A stretch of DNA of 64,000 nt, taken from positions 3,697,687 to 3,761,686 of the forward strand of contig OZ241874.1 of the NCBI GenBank assembly GCA_965203305.1. The letters run 5' to 3'. The stretch is from Rhodothermales bacterium. GTDB lineage: Bacteria > Bacteroidota > Rhodothermia > Rhodothermales > Bin80. Below the pieces are notes generated by a model. That model made no database searches and had not been told where the DNA came from. It saw nothing but the letters and a program-made list of their open reading frames with translations. The position numbers and the translations under genes were made by a program. Shown here piece after piece: positions 59,562-64,000 of this stretch; position 1 is the first letter of the stretch, and each line of letters begins with the position of its first letter.

Positions 59562-60884
59562 CTACGCCTGCGCACCTCTGCTTATTCTTTCGGGATCAAA
59601 CAGGGTTCCATTTCGGAGCATGGCACATACGACTCCGAGGAGGCGATCTCCCACGGTTCGCAGCGCGCGTCCATGGGAGTGTCCTCGTGCCCGCAGGGCC
59701 CTGTACTTGGCTTTGGAGATGGGGTCATGCTGCATGGCCACCATGGCCCAGTGGTAGATTGCATTATTGAGGCGCTTGTGCATTGCCAGTCGTCGGACGA
59801 CGGTCCGGGCTTTTCCAGATCGTCTGGTAACGGGAGCCACCCCGCACAGACATCGCAAGGCCCTATAGTCCTGTTTGCTGATCAGTTCGCCGGCTTCCGA
59901 GAGCAGGGTTGCCAAGACCGTAGTTCCAATCCCGGGCATGGATCGGAGAATCGCAATGATGCTGTGTCGGTATTCGGACTCTGTGGCTGTTTCTTCGCTT
60001 CTGGATTCATCTGTGCCCCTCTCCCCTGCCACGGGGCATTCCTCTTCCGGGGCGGGCTGTGTGGCGGCATCCATCTCATCCAGGAGAGCTTCTGTTTCAC
60101 GCTTTGCCTCGCGAAGCTGTTCGTTCACCACATGCAGCAGCGCACACAGGCGCCGGATATTCCGGACGGACGCATCCAGAACACCGGGAGCGACATAGAC
60201 GGACGGGCTTCGTAAAATCTGCAGGACCTGCTCCGGGGTCAGTCGACGGATGCGATGCTTTTTCATCAATGTGGCGACTGTTTTGAGCCGTACCCGCTTC
60301 GCCCGCTCTGGGGTGGGGATGAGTTTCCAGAGTTCCAGCAGCCACAGGGTGTAGAGCATTCCGCCCAGTTCCAGGAATTGGGGGAAGTACTCATGGAGTC
60401 GCTGTCGGATCTGATTGGTGAGTTTGGTTCTCTGCTCGGTCAGATCCTCTGTCATGCGGGAGCATTCGCGCAGAGCAACCTGCTTGGCAGGCAGAGGGGA
60501 GAGCATTCGGAAGCAGTGCGGGTCGGTTCGGATGGCACTGGCGAGGACGCGTGCGTCCCGGCGGTCATCCTTGGCTCCTGCGGGGGAGAACCGGTCCCGA
60601 AAGCGATCCGACTGTTTGGGATTGATGGCGCCGACCTGGAAGCCCCGATTCAGCAGCGTGTCCACCACGGCACCGTGTGGACGCTCAATAGCAACAGCAA
60701 TCTGGGCCGAGATACAGCTGACGCAAGCAAGAAGCCAAGTGATCATATCACGCAACCCTTCCCCGGAGTGGGCAAAGGCTTTCTCTCCAAGAACGGTGCC
60801 CTCGGAGTCAAGAACGCAGACCTGATGGGAGGAATCCCCCCAGTCAATGCCTGCAAAGGCAGTGCAGTTTACTTCAGGATTCAT
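59562..60884 (-). CDS. IS110-family DEDD transposase/recombinase
   Basis: N-terminal FAGIDWGDSSHQVCVLD, AIERPHG and AKDDRRDA (DEDD residues). C-terminal MPGIGTTVLATLLSEAG and APVTRRSGK (Transposase_20-type domain). Confidence 0.85.
   Translation of the reverse strand: MNPEVNCTAFAGIDWGDSSHQVCVLDSEGTVLGEKAFAHSGEGLRDMITWLLACVSCISAQIAVAIERPHGAVVDTLLNRGFQVGAINPKQSDRFRDRFSPAGAKDDRRDARVLASAIRTDPHCFRMLSPLPAKQVALRECSRMTEDLTEQRTKLTNQIRQRLHEYFPQFLELGGMLYTLWLLELWKLIPTPERAKRVRLKTVATLMKKHRIRRLTPEQVLQILRSPSVYVAPGVLDASVRNIRRLCALLHVVNEQLREAKRETEALLDEMDAATQPAPEEECPVAGERGTDESRSEETATESEYRHSIIAILRSMPGIGTTVLATLLSEAGELISKQDYRALRCLCGVAPVTRRSGKARTVVRRLAMHKRLNNAIYHWAMVAMQHDPISKAKYRALRARGHSHGRALRTVGDRLLGVVCAMLRNGTLFDPERISRGAQA
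59562..60884 (-). mobile_element. IS110-family insertion sequence (minimal extent only, equal to the recombinase ORF; true ends not determinable from this window)
   Basis: IS110-family elements lack classical terminal inverted repeats. 468 bp (59094-59561) and about 1 kb (60885-61922) of flanking DNA have no convincing ORF, and part of this must belong to the element. Confidence 0.5.
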
Positions 60885-61922
60885 CGTATATTTGTTCTGA
60901 AGGTGAAAAAGAATGCGGATCAGCGGTGACCGTCATCTGCCCCTATATGGGTGCTCAAATGGCACATACTCTTCACAGGATGTCGGTCACAGCAACTCTC
61001 CGGGGTACATCTCCCCCCCGGGCATTCAAGATGCTGGGGGCTACTAGTTACTCCCGGGGAGTTAATCCGCTGTGAGAAAGTGAAACGTACGGAAGTTATG
61101 GATACCGATCCAACCGCCCCTTCCAACGCCAACAAAACAGCAGCATTCGCCGGACTCTCCTGCCCCCTGCATCCACACCTGGAAACTACCCCATTTAGTA
61201 GTTCATAAAAGATATAGGGGGTAAATTCATCAGACACATCTGCTTGCCCTAAAGCCTCTGCCCCGCAACAGGAAAGACAGACAGGGGCATATCTCCTGAA
61301 CTCATTGTGGAATTTTAAGGGATCGCAGGAAGAGAGGCAATGATTCTTGTCATCGTGCTCTATGCAAGTCCACCATTACTATTATGTGGTGATATGATGA
61401 CTGGGTGCCATTACGGGGTTTCCGTGCTTATTTTGGACAAGATAAGGTTTTCAACGAAATTGCGTTTTCCTTCTGCTGGATTTCGTCCATACCCCTAGAA
61501 ATGGCAAATCCCATCCGGCTCGGCGGCATGGAGTCCTTTATATCTGTATCAAGATATGGAAGATAAGCCTCTAATTCCGATCACATCTCGCCAAGGAGGG
61601 ATTTTCACTCTATCAAATGGCAGGAAAGACCGACAAATACAAGCGATGTTTACGGGGGGCTGACCATACCCCACAATCTCCTTCAAAGAATTCACCTGAC
61701 TAGAGCAGATACAGGGACCCATTTTCCCGAACATCCCGTTCCAGTGCCCCTGTGCAAGAAGATCTGGACCATCAAAGTCGGATCAAAGTGAAAATAGGAG
61801 AACTGCATCCGCTTGTACCACTTGAAATGGCAATTCGCAGCAAAGTGTGTCCCAGAGAGAAGTGGGAGTCATGCAGACCTGGAAAACTGCACTGGAGCCC
61901 GGGATGAATTGTTGCTTCGGGT

Positions 61923-62447
61923 TTATCGTGCATCGCAGGCTTCCTCGTTGACTCGGAGATACTCGGTCAGAAATCTGTCCATATGCTCGGAGATGGAACC
62001 CAGAATAAACTGACTGCCTCCTTGTCCATAGCTTCCGGAATTCCATGTCTTTGCTGTATAATATTCGTCTACTCGAGGGTTGTATAACCATTGCGTGAAG
62101 TAGATGTCTACAGCGTAAGGGAGACTCCCCCCTCGATCCAGGTCCAGTACGCCAACATTCACGTACAGAACATAGAAGGGATACTCGCTATCCGAAGTAT
62201 ACAGACGGGCACTCCGAAGCCTTGATTCAACTGCCCGAGTGATTGCACCTCTGGTCAATCCAATCTGGCCTGCACCCGGGGGAAGATCCTCAACAACTAA
62301 CCCCATCCTGGCGCATCCCGTAAATAATTGAAACCTAGCCACTCGTTCTTCAACCATATACTCTGCCCGCTGCGCTACCACATCTGCTGTGCTTAGTATA
62401 GCCAGCATTGCACTAAGAATGAGCTTTCTGGCTTGTGTCATTTCCAA
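61923..62447 (-). CDS. Hypothetical secreted protein (174 aa)
   Basis: Signal-like N-terminus (KLILSAMLAILSTADVVAQ) and ordinary composition. No motif recognised. Confidence 0.4.
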   Translation of the reverse strand: MEMTQARKLILSAMLAILSTADVVAQRAEYMVEERVARFQLFTGCARMGLVVEDLPPGAGQIGLTRGAITRAVESRLRSARLYTSDSEYPFYVLYVNVGVLDLDRGGSLPYAVDIYFTQWLYNPRVDEYYTAKTWNSGSYGQGGSQFILGSISEHMDRFLTEYLRVNEEACDAR

Positions 62448-62661
62448 CGAGATGAGTACTCAGGGCAATTTATGGAAATCACGCTGAAACTTCCGGCAGT
62501 AAAAAGGATCTGCAGTGTACCAGGGGCATGAAGTACCGAGATGCCCTCTGGGGAGGCCGGATGCACAGACATCATGTCATTGCCAGTGTCTGGAGTGATT
62601 TTTCCTGAATTGAGTCTGGTAATCACCTTTGGCGACAGACGGTTGGCGCATTGCTTTCTTT

Positions 62662-64000
62662 TCATTCTGCAAATTCCACATCACGAAGGGTGTCAACGAT
62701 CTTGTTTGTATTCATGCTTACCTTGATCACTTTGGCCAGCAACCGAAGCGGATAGGCCGGATCCTTCATCATTTCAATGGCAAACTGGTTGGCATCGTTG
62801 ACGATTTGACTGTCCCTGTCGGTTTTCATGCGTTGCCGCTCCATGACCCATGCAATAGCAGATTTGCCATTGACCATATAATCATAGGCTTCAACGGGGA
62901 TATCCTGTACTATGATATGATCGTTGTATTTGATGCGGGACTGATCCTTGTTTCTTGCCTTTCCGGGATGTTGCATGTTTCGGTTTCCCACCCGGAACCA
63001 GTCCTCTGGCGGTATCCCGTCCTCTGGCTCCCAGCTCCCTTTTTCAAAGCCGATGGGATACTCGTTGGCTTCTTCGTAGCCAACATGTAATTCCCCGAGT
63101 TCACGCCCGGCTTCAACCAGCATCCAGAACTGTGCTGCATCTTTTGAGAATGGGATCCTAGGTAGCTCCTTGCGCAGGTTGGCCGCATATTTTGTCCGAT
63201 AGGAGGGGACATGCAGAACACCATAGATGTAGTAGAACAGGTCCTCTGCAACGAGTTTTTGCCCAATTTTTTCTTGGAAGACCTGCAGCGAATCATCTGT
63301 GACTGCACTTTCTTTCACGTATCCGTGAGCATCTGTCTCATACTTATCAGCGAAAATGGCAGAATCTCCCTCTCCTTTACGATACAACCACCGGGGGAAA
63401 CACTGACCTGCGCTAATACAGCCAACATCAGGAATTTCTCGAACCATCAGGCATGAGAATGCATCTGTTGCTCCCTTCCCTGTCACGCAGATCAGCAAAT
63501 TCTCGGCATCTGCATGCGGAAAGATCTGGGGCATCTGATAGACCATTTCGTTCAGTTGCCGACTATAGTAAAGCTTTGCTGGAGTGAAGGGCCTGTATTG
63601 GGAAGTGGTGATTCGCCCCTCCTCCATATTCAACTCTTTGTTCCTCCTCAGGTCGTTCTTCAAGGCTCTTGTCCAACTGATTTTCGTTGGATCGTTATCC
63701 ACCAATCGTGTAACTTCGGCCGGAGTCAAGTTGCTCCCCGTTGTGTTCCCCTGTATAATCCGCTCCCGTTCCGCATGGTAGAACCGGATCATCCGACGGA
63801 TATTCTCCCGCAGGGCAATCTCCGAATAGTTGTAGCACCATGCGTCCCGATTCGTCTTTACTCCACCTGAATAGTTCTGGAAGATCACCTCTGCATTCCG
63901 ATTCCTCTTGTCTCCCAGTGCCATGAATCTTTCAAAGCCGGCATCCCGCTGGTTCAGCCAGTCGTAATCATCATTGGGGATAATGTCTTCCCAGTCAACC
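62662..64000 (-). CDS. C-terminal part of a type ISP / type IIG-like fused restriction-modification enzyme (target-recognition region); the N-terminus lies outside the window
   Basis: The frame is open to base 64000 (VDWEDIIPNDDYDWLNQRDAGFERFMALGDKRN...). The segments IFQNYSGGVKTNRDAWCYNYS and LFYYIYGVLHVPSYRTKYAANLRKELPRIPF are characteristic of the type ISP C-terminal domain as I recall it. Confidence 0.7.
   Translation of the reverse strand, partial: VDWEDIIPNDDYDWLNQRDAGFERFMALGDKRNRNAEVIFQNYSGGVKTNRDAWCYNYSEIALRENIRRMIRFYHAERERIIQGNTTGSNLTPAEVTRLVDNDPTKISWTRALKNDLRRNKELNMEEGRITTSQYRPFTPAKLYYSRQLNEMVYQMPQIFPHADAENLLICVTGKGATDAFSCLMVREIPDVGCISAGQCFPRWLYRKGEGDSAIFADKYETDAHGYVKESAVTDDSLQVFQEKIGQKLVAEDLFYYIYGVLHVPSYRTKYAANLRKELPRIPFSKDAAQFWMLVEAGRELGELHVGYEEANEYPIGFEKGSWEPEDGIPPEDWFRVGNRNMQHPGKARNKDQSRIKYNDHIIVQDIPVEAYDYMVNGKSAIAWVMERQRMKTDRDSQIVNDANQFAIEMMKDPAYPLRLLAKVIKVSMNTNKIVDTLRDVEFAE

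Overview
This is a 64-kb bacterial chromosomal window. The gene content looks like the FCB group (b558-type sdhCAB, BatA-like protein, DUF4402-like secreted proteins, TPR protein), but that taxonomic guess is low confidence.

Most of the window is ordinary housekeeping:
- RNase E/G, citrate synthase, sdhCAB, a CaCA antiporter and a TRAP transporter.
- gyrB, hflX, uvrA and glycosyltransferases.
- An MMPL/DUF3047 membrane operon.
- recF, murQ and mfd.
- The origin-type cluster rsmG-mnmG-mnmE-yidC-rnpA-rpmH, followed by tandem tRNA-Gly(CCC) and tRNA-Val(UAC).

Three accessory patches stand out:
1. 15986-22858 carries a co-directional cassette: ORC/Cdc6-like P-loop ATPase, then a Dcm C5-methyltransferase, then TcmP (broken by one in-frame TAG), then a Gp37/Gp68 (DUF5131) protein. 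The cassette is capped by an ISNCY-like IS with a clear 6-bp target duplication. A hairpin-capable 28-nt motif brackets the ATPase gene.
2. 37639-39801 is a more AT-rich single gene encoding a RecQ-family helicase fused to a ComF/PRTase-like domain.
3. Everything after the tRNA pair (56.6-64 kb) is accessory: secreted DUF4402-like paralogs, an IS110-family recombinase with large flanking non-coding DNA, and the C-terminal part of a type ISP restriction-modification enzyme that runs off the window.

The 3' tail of the ATPase plus the motif is duplicated in inverted orientation at the very start of the window (271-558 versus 18714-19015). This creates a roughly 18-kb segment bounded by inverted repeats.

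All calls come from reading the ORF translations and the DNA by eye. No database search or computation was run.
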